Source of the DNA: an uncultured Candidatus Saccharibacteria bacterium
Lineage (GTDB): Bacteria; Patescibacteriota; Minisyncoccia; Minisyncoccales; CAYTKG01
Direction of reading: 5' to 3'
Length of the DNA: 64,000 nt
Assembly (NCBI GenBank): GCA_964401285.1
Contig: CAYNXY010000001.1
Coordinates: 3,342 to 67,341 of the forward strand
The position numbers and the translations under genes are program-made. This document shows positions 10,416-20,678 of this stretch, one piece after another. Under the pieces are notes generated by a model, which worked only from the letters and a program-made list of their open reading frames with translations, searched no databases and was not told the DNA's origin. The first letter of the stretch is position 1; every line of letters begins with the position of its first letter.

Positions 10416-10961
10416 ATGGATGCAGGAATGGAATATAAAAAAAGCCCCGCCCAAATAGCAGGATGGGGATTTGTTGTCCTGGGGACAATATTAATTTTAT
10501 TTGATCTTTGGGCTGACGCCAGAGGGGTAATAGGAGGGTTAGGAGTCCGAGACATGGACCCATATTACCGATTGGTTGTTAAACTACCTTTTTTCTGCGT
10601 AGCTGCAAGTTTCCCAATAGTTCAACTTGCCTTTTGGGTTAAAATGGAATTTGGTTTCCCATTGGACACCTCGGCAGACAAAATTCCGTGGTTTCTAATA
10701 TATTTCGGGATATCTAATCTCCTCGATATAACCTTCTCCCTTTTAACTTTTTTCCAAGGTAAGATAAAACCTCCATGGCCAGGAGAAAACGCTTTATTCT
10801 GGCTAATGGCACTTATTATATCTTTCCTTGCAGAAAAGTTTCTCGTTTGGGGAGCCGAGCTATTAAATCGGACTGGTAGAGAAGAGAGCTATAGCGGCGG
10901 TGGTGAAGAAGGAGAGTGGGCTAGAACTCGTGGAGGAGGTGAAGGTTTTGGTATGGGATAG
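10416..10961 (+). CDS. Hypothetical multi-pass membrane protein with a Gly/Glu-rich C-terminus
   Basis: About 5 hydrophobic helices and a C-terminal SGGGEEGEWARTRGGGEGFG. It is followed by an intrinsic terminator. Confidence 0.4.
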   Translation: MDAGMEYKKSPAQIAGWGFVVLGTILILFDLWADARGVIGGLGVRDMDPYYRLVVKLPFFCVAASFPIVQLAFWVKMEFGFPLDTSADKIPWFLIYFGISNLLDITFSLLTFFQGKIKPPWPGENALFWLMALIISFLAEKFLVWGAELLNRTGREESYSGGGEEGEWARTRGGGEGFGMG

Positions 10962-10973
10962 CAATTTATTTAG

Positions 10974-11001
10974 AAGCCACTCGCAGCGCGAGTGGCTTTT
11001 T
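10974..11001 (+). terminator. Rho-independent terminator (11-bp stem AAGCCACTCGC/GCGAGTGGCTT plus T-tract)
   Basis: Perfect hairpin followed by TTTTT, 13 nt after the stop of the 10416..10961 CDS. It lies between convergent genes. Confidence 0.7.
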
Positions 11002-11114
11002 CTTTAATTTCTATTAAAATATTATATCGAAACTTCCCCTAAAGAGGCATCGACCCCGAACTCCATCGTGAACGTGCCGTTTATAATTTTATTCAAAAAA
11101 GATAAAAGATTAAC

Positions 11115-11663
11115 TCAAAAAAGTAAGGCGGAACCGAAATAAGCCAGCAAGACATAGCGGCTTATTCTCCCAACCAGGCAGGCGGTTAAAAATTTAATGA
11201 ATGAATAATTGGTTAACCCGGCGACAATGCCCGCCAGGTCAAAAACAGGGTTGGGTAAAAAGGAAAAGAAAACAAAAAACAAAAACCCGTTATTTTTTAT
11301 CATCTGCCTTATTTTAACTAACTTGTTGCTTTCAGAAGAAAGCAGTTGGCCACCGTAACCACTCAAATAACCGGTAACCTCACCCAAAGCTGAACCAAGG
11401 CCGGCCAAAAGTCCAGTTGGAAGCGGCTGCAACACCGCAGCAACTGCCACAACAGAAAGTATCCCGGGGACAGGGAAAATAATCGTAGCACTACTTAAAA
11501 AATTTAATAAAAATATTCCTAGATAACTCCAACCGGCAAAGCCAACCAGGGTTTTGCGATAATACAAAATCAAACCAGTAACAAAAACGGAAAAGAAAAG
11601 GGCAAGAAAACGCCTTATTTTTTTATAATCCCCTTTGGGGCTTATTTTTTTAGCAGCTCTCAT
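11115..11663 (-). CDS. DedA/SNARE-associated (TVP38/TMEM64) family membrane protein
   Basis: Multi-TM protein with a DedA-like C-terminal segment (GLTNYSFIKFLTACLVGRISRYVLLAYFGSAL). Confidence 0.45.
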   Translation of the reverse strand: MRAAKKISPKGDYKKIRRFLALFFSVFVTGLILYYRKTLVGFAGWSYLGIFLLNFLSSATIIFPVPGILSVVAVAAVLQPLPTGLLAGLGSALGEVTGYLSGYGGQLLSSESNKLVKIRQMIKNNGFLFFVFFSFLPNPVFDLAGIVAGLTNYSFIKFLTACLVGRISRYVLLAYFGSALLF

Positions 11664-11669
11664 GTTTTT

Positions 11670-12233
11670 TTAATCTTTACCTTGCCACGGCAGTAAAGCC
11701 GGCCCGATAAAAAGAAGAGCTTTCCGGATAAATATAAGTTCTCTGACGTGGATGTGATATTCCTGAATTAGTTTTAAACCGGCGGCAATAATCAAGGCAT
11801 AAATCACAGTAGGTAATTTTAATAACTCAGGGTTGGTTTTTAAAGCTAAAAGATAAAACCAAAAAAACGCCTCAAAAACATTCGGGCAGTAAAAAAAGAA
11901 CCGTCTGTTGCGAGTAAGAAAAAAAAGGGTGTGCCCGACTAATCGCAAAACGTAAAGTAAGGAAAAAATTACTAGCAAAAGCTTGTTGGGGTAAGAATAA
12001 AAAACATATATCAAAACAAAAGAGTACCAGAATAAGTCAGCCCATTTATCCCAGTATTGATATTTCTTGATATTAAAACCGGCGGTGGCAAATATTAAAC
12101 CGTCAATTATGTCTAGAAGAACAGAAGCAATTACCATTAAAACGGGAGCACGGATTACAAATGGTGCCTGAATAAAACGAAGAATTATAATGCCATAAGC
12201 CGGCAGCTGCTTCTTGCCACCATTTTTAAACAT
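11670..12233 (-). CDS. Integral membrane protein, possibly a divergent CDP-alcohol phosphatidyltransferase-like protein
   Basis: Multiple TM helices. It has a partial D-x2-D-G...D-x3-D pattern (DIIDGLIFATAG...DKWAD) but lacks the canonical AR. Confidence 0.25.
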   Translation of the reverse strand: MFKNGGKKQLPAYGIIILRFIQAPFVIRAPVLMVIASVLLDIIDGLIFATAGFNIKKYQYWDKWADLFWYSFVLIYVFYSYPNKLLLVIFSLLYVLRLVGHTLFFLTRNRRFFFYCPNVFEAFFWFYLLALKTNPELLKLPTVIYALIIAAGLKLIQEYHIHVRELIFIRKALLFIGPALLPWQGKD

Positions 12234-12299
12234 GGTTTCTCCCCTGACCCGCTAAACTAATAAAAAGCATATATACAAGCTTAAAAAAATTAAGAATAA

Positions 12300-13148
12300 T
12301 TAGCTAAAATTTTTAATCAAGTCGCTTACAAACTTGAAATCTCCGTCTCCTTCCAGCACAATGTCAAATCTTTCTTGGTACCTTTTCCTCAACTCATCCT
12401 CGTCAAAGTTTAAAAATCCAATCGTCAATAGATGTTTATGGGGGAAGCCCTCAGCCATTGCCAGATCATCCAAAGCGTCCCCTAAAAGAATAACGTTTTT
12501 TCTTTTTTTTATTGCCCGACGGGCCTCAGGGTTTTTCTTAAGAGAAGTTTCATCTTTATTAAGAGAATGGATAACAGAGCCGCGGATAGAAACCGCCTTC
12601 CCCTCTTCGTCCCAATTGAACCTATTTATCAAATAATAAATATTTGGATAATCTCTCCCCTCTTTTTTAAAGAAAAGCGGGATCGCTTCTCCGCATCCAC
12701 TTGCAGAAAGTATCACTAACGGAATATTTTTTTCATTAAGAAAATCCAAAAATTTGAGAACTCCCTTCCTGAACTCAACATTTCCGTTTTCCACAATGTC
12801 TTTTATGTCCTTCTTAGACAACCCTGATTTAATCAAAAGCTCGTTATGAGATTCCCACCAATTCTGCATTTCTTTTTTCTTTTTCGGGAGAGGGATCTTC
12901 GGATCTATCTCAATGGGGTGGAATTTATCAAATAAAGCATGAGCTTTTTCTGCATAGCCGTCAGTTAAATATTCTCCGTTTCTTAATATAGAAATAAGAG
13001 AAGGGGTTTTAACCCCGTCTCTTACCCCATAAGTAAGAGTTCTGTCAAAATCGGAGAGGATATAAAGATTTTTGTAAGTAGCACTTGCAATTTCAGATTT
13101 TAAATACTCTACTTTTTCAGGGTTAGAAATCAAAATCTTCATTTTCAA
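12300..13148 (-). CDS. HAD-superfamily pyrimidine 5'-nucleotidase of the eukaryote-type cN-III/UMPH-1 family
   Basis: HAD motif I DFDRTLT. It is strongly collinear with cytosolic 5'-nucleotidase III (IEIDP; WWESHNELLIKSGLSKKDIKDIV; PLVILSASGCGEAI; NVILLGDALDDLAMAEG). Confidence 0.7.
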   Translation of the reverse strand: MKMKILISNPEKVEYLKSEIASATYKNLYILSDFDRTLTYGVRDGVKTPSLISILRNGEYLTDGYAEKAHALFDKFHPIEIDPKIPLPKKKKEMQNWWESHNELLIKSGLSKKDIKDIVENGNVEFRKGVLKFLDFLNEKNIPLVILSASGCGEAIPLFFKKEGRDYPNIYYLINRFNWDEEGKAVSIRGSVIHSLNKDETSLKKNPEARRAIKKRKNVILLGDALDDLAMAEGFPHKHLLTIGFLNFDEDELRKRYQERFDIVLEGDGDFKFVSDLIKNFS

Positions 13149-13181
13149 GTAAGTTTTTTGTTATTAACACAAAACTATTTT

Positions 13182-13268
13182 TGGCGGAGGGGGTGGGATT
13201 CGAACCCACGAGACGCAAAGCGTCACGGCACTCCAAGCCGTCCCAATCGGCCACTCTGGCACCCCTCC
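13182..13268 (-). tRNA. tRNA-Ser (anticodon GGA), 87 nt, long variable arm, CCA encoded
   Basis: Reverse complement is GGAGGGG...; anticodon stem ACGGC/GCCGT with loop UUGGAGU; variable-arm hairpin GACGC-UUU-GCGUC; T-arm GUGGG-UUCGAAU-CCCAC; 3' end CCCCUCC-G-CCA. Confidence 0.85.
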
Positions 13269-13304
13269 CCTCTTTTTTAATCTTACCAAAACCCTTTCTA
13301 AAAC

Positions 13305-13328
13305 AAAAGCCCCGAAGCCGGGGCTTTT
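13305..13328 (-). terminator. Rho-independent terminator of groESL (GCCCCGGCTTCGGGGC plus U-tract), potentially bidirectional
   Basis: AAAAGCCCCG-AAGC-CGGGGCTTTTGTT, 23 nt downstream of the groEL stop and flanked by A-run and T-run. Confidence 0.75.
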
Positions 13329-13350
13329 GTTCGTTTAAAGAGGAGGATTT

Positions 13351-15311
<1,961 letters not shown>

Positions 15312-15351
15312 ATAAATTTTTAGAATTAATTTAAATTAATTATTTTGTTAA

Positions 15352-15378
15352 TTAGCACTCGGACCTTTTAATTGCTAA
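15352..15378 (-). promoter_or_regulatory. CIRCE-like inverted repeat (putative HrcA operator) in the groES leader
   Basis: TTAGCACTC-N9-AATTGCTAA against the consensus TTAGCACTC-N9-GAGTGCTAA (perfect left arm, 7/9 right arm). It sits 41-67 bp upstream of the groES start. Confidence 0.45.
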
Positions 15379-15616
15379 TTCTATTGTAAGGACAGGAGCA
15401 CTCCTTGTCAACCCCATTTTTTAGAATTTTCTGGACTAAAAAAGCCACCTAAATTTAGACGGCCCTTGAGTTTGATAAGCATCAGTTACTCCTGCCGGTT
15501 CTTTTCAAAAAATCTTTAAGGCCGGCTTCTTTTTTGGGGAAAAATTCTACTATTCTGGCTGCAGGAAGAATAAACAAGATGTATTCCTCTTAAAACCCAG
15601 CTGCACTCTCAAAAGA

Positions 15617-15645
15617 TTGACGAAAAGCGCTCTTTCTGATATGTT
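15617..15645 (+). promoter_or_regulatory. Candidate sigma-70-type promoter (TTGACG-N17-TATGTT) for the holin-like/secG/SBP operon
   Basis: A -35-like TTGACG and a -10-like TATGTT with 17-nt spacing, about 30 nt upstream of the 15673 start in a 360-bp non-coding region. Confidence 0.3.
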
Positions 15646-15672
15646 ATGTGAAAGGAAGCAACATATGCAATT

Positions 15673-16017
15673 ATGATTATTCATCTTTTTTTTTGCACTT
15701 TAGCTGGGACTTTAGTCCTTTACTTGAGCGACAAATTCATCAAAGGGGTAAGCTTCAACGGGCCTTTTAAAATACTTGTTCTGGCAGGTTTCGTGCTGGG
15801 AGTACTTAACACGCTGCTTAAGCCAATTTTGAAAAAGATAACCTGGCCGTTAAGGATCCTTACTTTGGGGCTTTTCAACTTTGTAATAAATATGATTATT
15901 CTAGAGTTTGTAGATATTATATTCCCGGAGCTTGTTATAAGCGGGTTAGTTCCGCTTTTTATAACTGGTTTAATACTTGCTCTTTCTACATTTCTCTTTC
16001 ATAAAAACTTTTCCTAA
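15673..16017 (+). CDS. Phage-holin-4_2/DUF360 (YvlD-like) small membrane protein
   Basis: 114 aa with 4 TM helices and a pattern typical of DUF360 (GPFKILVLAGFVLGVLNTLLKPIL). Confidence 0.45.
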   Translation: MIIHLFFCTLAGTLVLYLSDKFIKGVSFNGPFKILVLAGFVLGVLNTLLKPILKKITWPLRILTLGLFNFVINMIILEFVDIIFPELVISGLVPLFITGLILALSTFLFHKNFS

Positions 16018-16024
16018 TAAATTT

Positions 16025-16243
16025 ATGGAGACACAACAATTACTTTCCATCGCACAACTTGTCGTTTCGCCCTTTCTTATCGGATTGATTCTTCTTCAGA
16101 AAGGAAAAGGAAGCGGACAACTCATAGGAGAAACCGGTCGTTTTTACAGAAGTTTGCGGGGAGCAGAAAAAAAGGTCTTTTGGGCCACTGCTTTTCTTGG
16201 TTTTTTGTTTATCGGGCTGGGGGTCTTAAACCTCGTTCTTTAA
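16025..16243 (+). CDS. secG: Preprotein translocase subunit SecG (start moved to the internal METQQ)
   Basis: LIGLILLQKGKGSGQ...RG.E motif with two TM helices. The ORF-track start at 15977 would overlap the upstream gene, and the internal ATG at 16025 gives a typical 72-aa SecG. Confidence 0.7.
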   Translation: METQQLLSIAQLVVSPFLIGLILLQKGKGSGQLIGETGRFYRSLRGAEKKVFWATAFLGFLFIGLGVLNLVL

Positions 16244-16259
16244 CCCCGCTTTCTAAAAA

Positions 16260-18263
16260 GTGAGTAAAAATCTAAAAAAAATGCTTAACGGTACGAGAGG
16301 GGCTAAAAGTTGGTTCCAAAAACTACCAACTTTTAATCAGTGGCTGCGGTTGCCTCGAGTACTCTCAAGAGGAGAAAAAATAATATTCTTTATTCTTTTT
16401 TTAGTTTTTCTTTCCTCTGCCTCTTTTCTCCTCCGCTCTTTTTATCTTGCAAGAACAACCATCGGCCCGGCCAAAGGCGGGACACTTGAAGAGGGAATAG
16501 TCGGCCATCCCCGTTTTATAAATCCAATACTTGCCTCAAGCGACCCCGACCGTGACCTGGTGCAGCTCACCTTTTCCGGTCTGATGAAATACAATGAGAA
16601 GGGAGAAATCGTAGAAGATCTAATAGAAGAATATTATCCCCAAGAAGAGAAAGGGATATACGACGTTACACTTCGAAAAGATATTTTCTGGAGTGACGGG
16701 CAGCCAATAACCGCTCACGACGTGGTTTTCACCGTTGAAACCATTAAAAACTCATCTTATAAAAGCCCGGAAAGAACAAACTGGATTGGCGTAAACGTAA
16801 AAGCGCTTTCTGATAAAAGAATAAGGTTTGAACTTCAAAAACCCTATTTCCCCTTTAAAGAACGGCTAACGCTAAAAATAATACCTAAGCACATTTTTGA
16901 AAACGTAACAGCAAAAGAGTTTGCTCTTTCCCCTTACAATTTACAGCAGGTGATTTGCTCCGGCCCCTTTGTTATCAGCCATATTGAACAAGATGAAAAA
17001 GGGAAGATAACCGAATTGGTGCTTGTTAAAAACAAAAAGTTTTATGGGAAGGACCCCTATCTAGACAAGATTCATCTTTCCTTTTTTGATGAAGAAAAAG
17101 AGGCCTGGGATGCTCTTAACAAAGGGGTAATAGAAAGTTTTCTTATCACCGACCCCAGTAAAAATAAAGAAATAACTAAAAAAGGATTGACTATCCATAC
17201 GGCTCGTTCTCCTCGTTACTTCGGAATATTCTTTAATTTGGAAAACAATGAGCTTCTTAAAAAAGAGGGAGTAAGAAAAGCGCTCTTCTCCGTTCTTGAC
17301 AAAAAAGCAGTAAAAGAACAAGCAATCGATGGTTGGGGGGAAACAGTGCTTTCCCCAATCCTCCCTACTCTTTACGAATTTGACCTGCCGGCGCAAGAGG
17401 AGGCAGAAGATGCAATAGCTCTACTGGAAGAAGCAGGGCTTACTAAAGAAGAAGAAAAATGGGTCGTAAAACCCGAACCTGAATTTATTTTTGAAAACCG
17501 TTTAGAAAAGGGAGATGAAGGAGAGGAAGTAGAGTCCTTACAAAAATGTCTCGGTAAATGGGAAGATGTCTACCCCGACAAAGAAGTCACCGGTTACTTT
17601 GGCAGCAAAACGGAAGAGGCGGTGATTAAATTCCAGGAAAAATATAAGGAAGACATTCTAGCTCCCTGGGATTTTACGGAAGGAACAGGAATTGTTTCGG
17701 AGACGACCCGCGAAAAACTCAACGAGCTCTGCAACGAGGAAAAAGGTACTCCTGTTAAATTCACCATCAAGACCCTAAACCAGGATTTCTTGGTAAAAAC
17801 AGCTGAGGCCATAAAAAGCCAATGGGAAGAGTTTGGGGTTGAAGTAGAAGTTGAAAAGTATAAGTTCAGCCAGCTAACACTGGAGGTGATAAACGAAAGA
17901 GATTATGAAATTCTTCTTTTTGGAGAAATGCTCGGCATGATCCCGGACCCCTTCTCCTTTTGGCACTCTTCAAACATTTCTAATTCGGGGCTTAACCTTT
18001 CACTTTATAAAAACGAAGAAACAGACAAATTTTTAGAGGAAGCACGAGCAGCTGATAACTATGAGAAATTCAGAGAACAACTATTTAAATTCCAAGAACA
18101 GTTCACAAAAGACAGACCGGCCATCCTGCTTTTCAGCCCTGAACTTTCCTATGCAGTCGACAACCGAATAAAAGGAGTGGACCTCAACATCGTTGCAGGA
18201 CCTACCCAACGATTCCACAATATTGAAGAGTGGTACATTAACACAAAAAGAAGTTTCAAATAA
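16260..18263 (+). CDS. Solute-binding protein family 5 (OppA/DppA-like) with an inserted peptidoglycan-binding (PG_binding_1-like) domain; GTG start
   Basis: N-terminal signal-anchor helix and an SBP_bac_5 core (GGTLEEGIVGHPRFINPILASSDPDRDLVQLTFSGLMKY...). The inserted segment (GDEGEEVESLQKCLGKWEDVYPDKEVTGYFGSKTEEAVIKFQEKYK) matches the PGBD pattern G-x-V-x-LQ-x-L-x(n)-DG-x-FG-x-T-x-AV-x-FQ. No ABC permease or ATPase is adjacent. Confidence 0.65.
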   Translation: MSKNLKKMLNGTRGAKSWFQKLPTFNQWLRLPRVLSRGEKIIFFILFLVFLSSASFLLRSFYLARTTIGPAKGGTLEEGIVGHPRFINPILASSDPDRDLVQLTFSGLMKYNEKGEIVEDLIEEYYPQEEKGIYDVTLRKDIFWSDGQPITAHDVVFTVETIKNSSYKSPERTNWIGVNVKALSDKRIRFELQKPYFPFKERLTLKIIPKHIFENVTAKEFALSPYNLQQVICSGPFVISHIEQDEKGKITELVLVKNKKFYGKDPYLDKIHLSFFDEEKEAWDALNKGVIESFLITDPSKNKEITKKGLTIHTARSPRYFGIFFNLENNELLKKEGVRKALFSVLDKKAVKEQAIDGWGETVLSPILPTLYEFDLPAQEEAEDAIALLEEAGLTKEEEKWVVKPEPEFIFENRLEKGDEGEEVESLQKCLGKWEDVYPDKEVTGYFGSKTEEAVIKFQEKYKEDILAPWDFTEGTGIVSETTREKLNELCNEEKGTPVKFTIKTLNQDFLVKTAEAIKSQWEEFGVEVEVEKYKFSQLTLEVINERDYEILLFGEMLGMIPDPFSFWHSSNISNSGLNLSLYKNEETDKFLEEARAADNYEKFREQLFKFQEQFTKDRPAILLFSPELSYAVDNRIKGVDLNIVAGPTQRFHNIEEWYINTKRSFK

Positions 18264-18264
18264 T

Positions 18265-18858
18265 ATGAAGCAAAAAACAAAAAAACCAAGTGTGAGGTTG
18301 CTAAAAGAGATGAAAAAAGTTGTTTACGATAAAAGTTTTGCGGGCAAGAATAAAAATCTTAAGCTTTATGAAGTTTATCGAAACTTGAAAAAAGACGGCA
18401 ACTTGCGCTACGATATAACGATCGTGAAACCCCAAATGCTCGGAGAAGAATTCGTAAGAACCAAAGGAAACTGCAACACCGAAGGATTCCAAGAATTATA
18501 CACCGTGCTTGAAGGAGAAGCGATATTTTTCTTGCAAAAATTCAAAAATAAAAAAGTAGAAGACGCCCTGGCTGTCAAAGTAAAGGAAGGACAATGGGTT
18601 ATTATCCCTCCCTATTATTGGGTAGTTCTCATCAACCCTTCTCGAGAAAAAACTTTGGAAACAGGGAACTGGGTTTCCAATAAAACAGAAAATAAATACA
18701 AGGAATTGGAAAAAATGGGTGGACAATGTTATTTCTACACAAAAGACGGTTGGGTAAAAAACAAAAATTATGAAAAAATTCCGGAACTAAGAACCGAGGG
18801 AGCGCTGGATAATAGACCGGAATCACTCGATTTCTTAAGAGGAGGTATTGGAAAATAA
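18265..18858 (+). CDS. Cupin-type glucose-6-phosphate isomerase (archaeal cPGI) homolog with substituted metal ligands (start moved to the internal ATG at 18265)
   Basis: Collinear with Pyrococcus cPGI. TKGNCNTEGFQELYTVLEG matches TKGHFH...AEVYVAL, and IIPPYYWVVLINPS matches YVPPYWAHRTVNIGD. The His ligands are replaced by N, N and V. The ATG at 18265 follows the upstream stop directly. Confidence 0.5.
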   Translation: MKQKTKKPSVRLLKEMKKVVYDKSFAGKNKNLKLYEVYRNLKKDGNLRYDITIVKPQMLGEEFVRTKGNCNTEGFQELYTVLEGEAIFFLQKFKNKKVEDALAVKVKEGQWVIIPPYYWVVLINPSREKTLETGNWVSNKTENKYKELEKMGGQCYFYTKDGWVKNKNYEKIPELRTEGALDNRPESLDFLRGGIGK

Positions 18859-18864
18859 ATTTAG

Positions 18865-18948
18865 GCCGCGGTGGTGGAACCGGCAGACACGTAGCGTTCA
18901 GAGCGCTATGAGCTTTGGCTCATGAGGGTTCAAATCCCTCCCGCGGCA
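18865..18948 (+). tRNA. tRNA-Leu (anticodon CAG), 84 nt, long variable arm, CCA not encoded
   Basis: Acceptor GCCGCGG/CCGCGGC plus discriminator A; anticodon stem UAGCG/CGCUA with loop UUCAGAG; T-arm GAGGG-UUCAAAU-CCCUC. Confidence 0.8.
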
Positions 18949-18973
18949 CATTAATTAACAAATAATATTAAAT

Positions 18974-20647
18974 ATGAGTAACAAAGAAAAGTTGAAAATC
19001 ATTCCTCTCGGAGGATTGGAAGAAGTAGGAATTAATATGACCCTGTTTGAATACAAGGGGCAGATTTTAATTGTGGACATGGGGCTTATGTTCCCGGAAG
19101 AGACAACCCCGGGTATTGATTTTATCATCCCCAATGTCTCCTACCTTGAAGGCAAGGAAAAAAATATATCAGGAGCGGTGATAACACACGGCCATTATGA
19201 CCATATCGGTGCTATCCCCTATCTTACAAGCAAGCTGGGTTATTCTTTCCCTTTTTACACGGGAGAGCTAGCTAAAGAAATCATTATCAACCGTCAAAAA
19301 GAGTTCCCTCAAAAAGAAAAACTGGACATCAAAACAGTGGTAGACGGCCAAAAAGAAAAAATAGGACCTTTCGAGCTAGAATTTGTAAGGGTCAACCACA
19401 ACATTCCGGATAGTTTCGGGGTAAAGATTAAAACCCCGATAGGGAACATCTTTCACACCGGAGACTTTAAAATTGACCCCACTCCCGTTTTTGACGAACC
19501 AATCGATCTTGACCACATTAAAAAAATCGGAGAAGAGGGAGTTCTTCTTCTTATGTCCGACTCCACACGAGCTGAGGAAAGCGGTCATTCCCTTTCCGAA
19601 AAGGAAATTATGGAAAACCTGGATAAGGTTTTCCAGAGCGCAAAAGGCAGAATCATTGCTTCCACTTTCGCCTCGCTCTTAAACCGTGTACAGCAGCTTA
19701 TCGTACTTTCCGAAAAACACGGACGAAAAGTTGCTATTAACGGTCGTTCAATGGAAACAAATGTTGAGATTGCTCAAAAACTGGGCTACTTAAAGATTAA
19801 AAAAGGAACCCGGATAAAAACTAAACATATCCACAGATACTCCGACGATAAAGTAACAGTAATCTGCACCGGAGCCCAGGGCGAAGAAAAAGCCGCTCTC
19901 TCCCGTGTGGCAAGCAACGAACATAGACATCTGCATCTTAAGCCCAACGACACCGTTATTTTTTCTTCTTCCATCGTACCGGGAAACGAACGAAGCGTGC
20001 AGCAACTCAAAGACGCCATTCTTAAGAAAACAAAAAATATTTACCACTATGAAATGATGGATATCCATGCCGGCGGGCATGCCAAACCGGAAGAGTTGAG
20101 GCAGATGATAAACCTTATAAAACCTCGCTTCTTCCTGCCTATTGAAGGTGAGTACTCAATGAGAGTAGCTCACAGTAAAATTGCTCAGGAAGAAGGCATT
20201 CCCGAAGAAAACATCATTCTCGGAGAAGACGGGGATATTATAAACTTATCCGAAAATAGTTTTTCCCTTAAAAAGGATGGTGCTAAAACCGGCTATGTAT
20301 TGGTAGACGGATTAGGAGTGGGAGATGTGGGGAAAATTGTCCTAAGAGACCGGGAAAGATTAGCGGAAGATGGAATTTTTGTTGTAATTGCCGTGATTGA
20401 CAAAAAAACAGGTAAAATTCAAAACTCACCGGACATCATATCCAGGGGGTTTGTTTATCTGCGTGAATCAAAAAACCTATTAGCGGAAACAAGGAAAAAA
20501 GTAAAAAACATAGTAAGAGGATCTTCCAAGGGGCGAGTAATTGACGAAGATGCCTTGAAAAAAGAGATGAGAGAAAAAATCGCAAGCTACCTTTACTCTA
20601 AAACAAAAAGAAGGCCAATGGTTTTACCTGTTATAATAACAGTGTAA
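18974..20647 (+). CDS. rnj: Ribonuclease J (metallo-beta-lactamase/beta-CASP family)
   Basis: HGHYDHIGAIPYL motif, beta-CASP region and C-terminal domain; 557 aa. Confidence 0.9.
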   Translation: MSNKEKLKIIPLGGLEEVGINMTLFEYKGQILIVDMGLMFPEETTPGIDFIIPNVSYLEGKEKNISGAVITHGHYDHIGAIPYLTSKLGYSFPFYTGELAKEIIINRQKEFPQKEKLDIKTVVDGQKEKIGPFELEFVRVNHNIPDSFGVKIKTPIGNIFHTGDFKIDPTPVFDEPIDLDHIKKIGEEGVLLLMSDSTRAEESGHSLSEKEIMENLDKVFQSAKGRIIASTFASLLNRVQQLIVLSEKHGRKVAINGRSMETNVEIAQKLGYLKIKKGTRIKTKHIHRYSDDKVTVICTGAQGEEKAALSRVASNEHRHLHLKPNDTVIFSSSIVPGNERSVQQLKDAILKKTKNIYHYEMMDIHAGGHAKPEELRQMINLIKPRFFLPIEGEYSMRVAHSKIAQEEGIPEENIILGEDGDIINLSENSFSLKKDGAKTGYVLVDGLGVGDVGKIVLRDRERLAEDGIFVVIAVIDKKTGKIQNSPDIISRGFVYLRESKNLLAETRKKVKNIVRGSSKGRVIDEDALKKEMREKIASYLYSKTKRRPMVLPVIITV

Positions 20648-20678
20648 ATATCCATTATTACACTTAACTTCTTTAAGT

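Noticed and set aside
13149-13350. Possible integrated element at tRNA-Ser (also at tRNA-Leu, 18859..18973)
   Set aside because: No integrase, recombinase, direct repeat of the tRNA 3' end, or compositional shift is detectable next to either tRNA.
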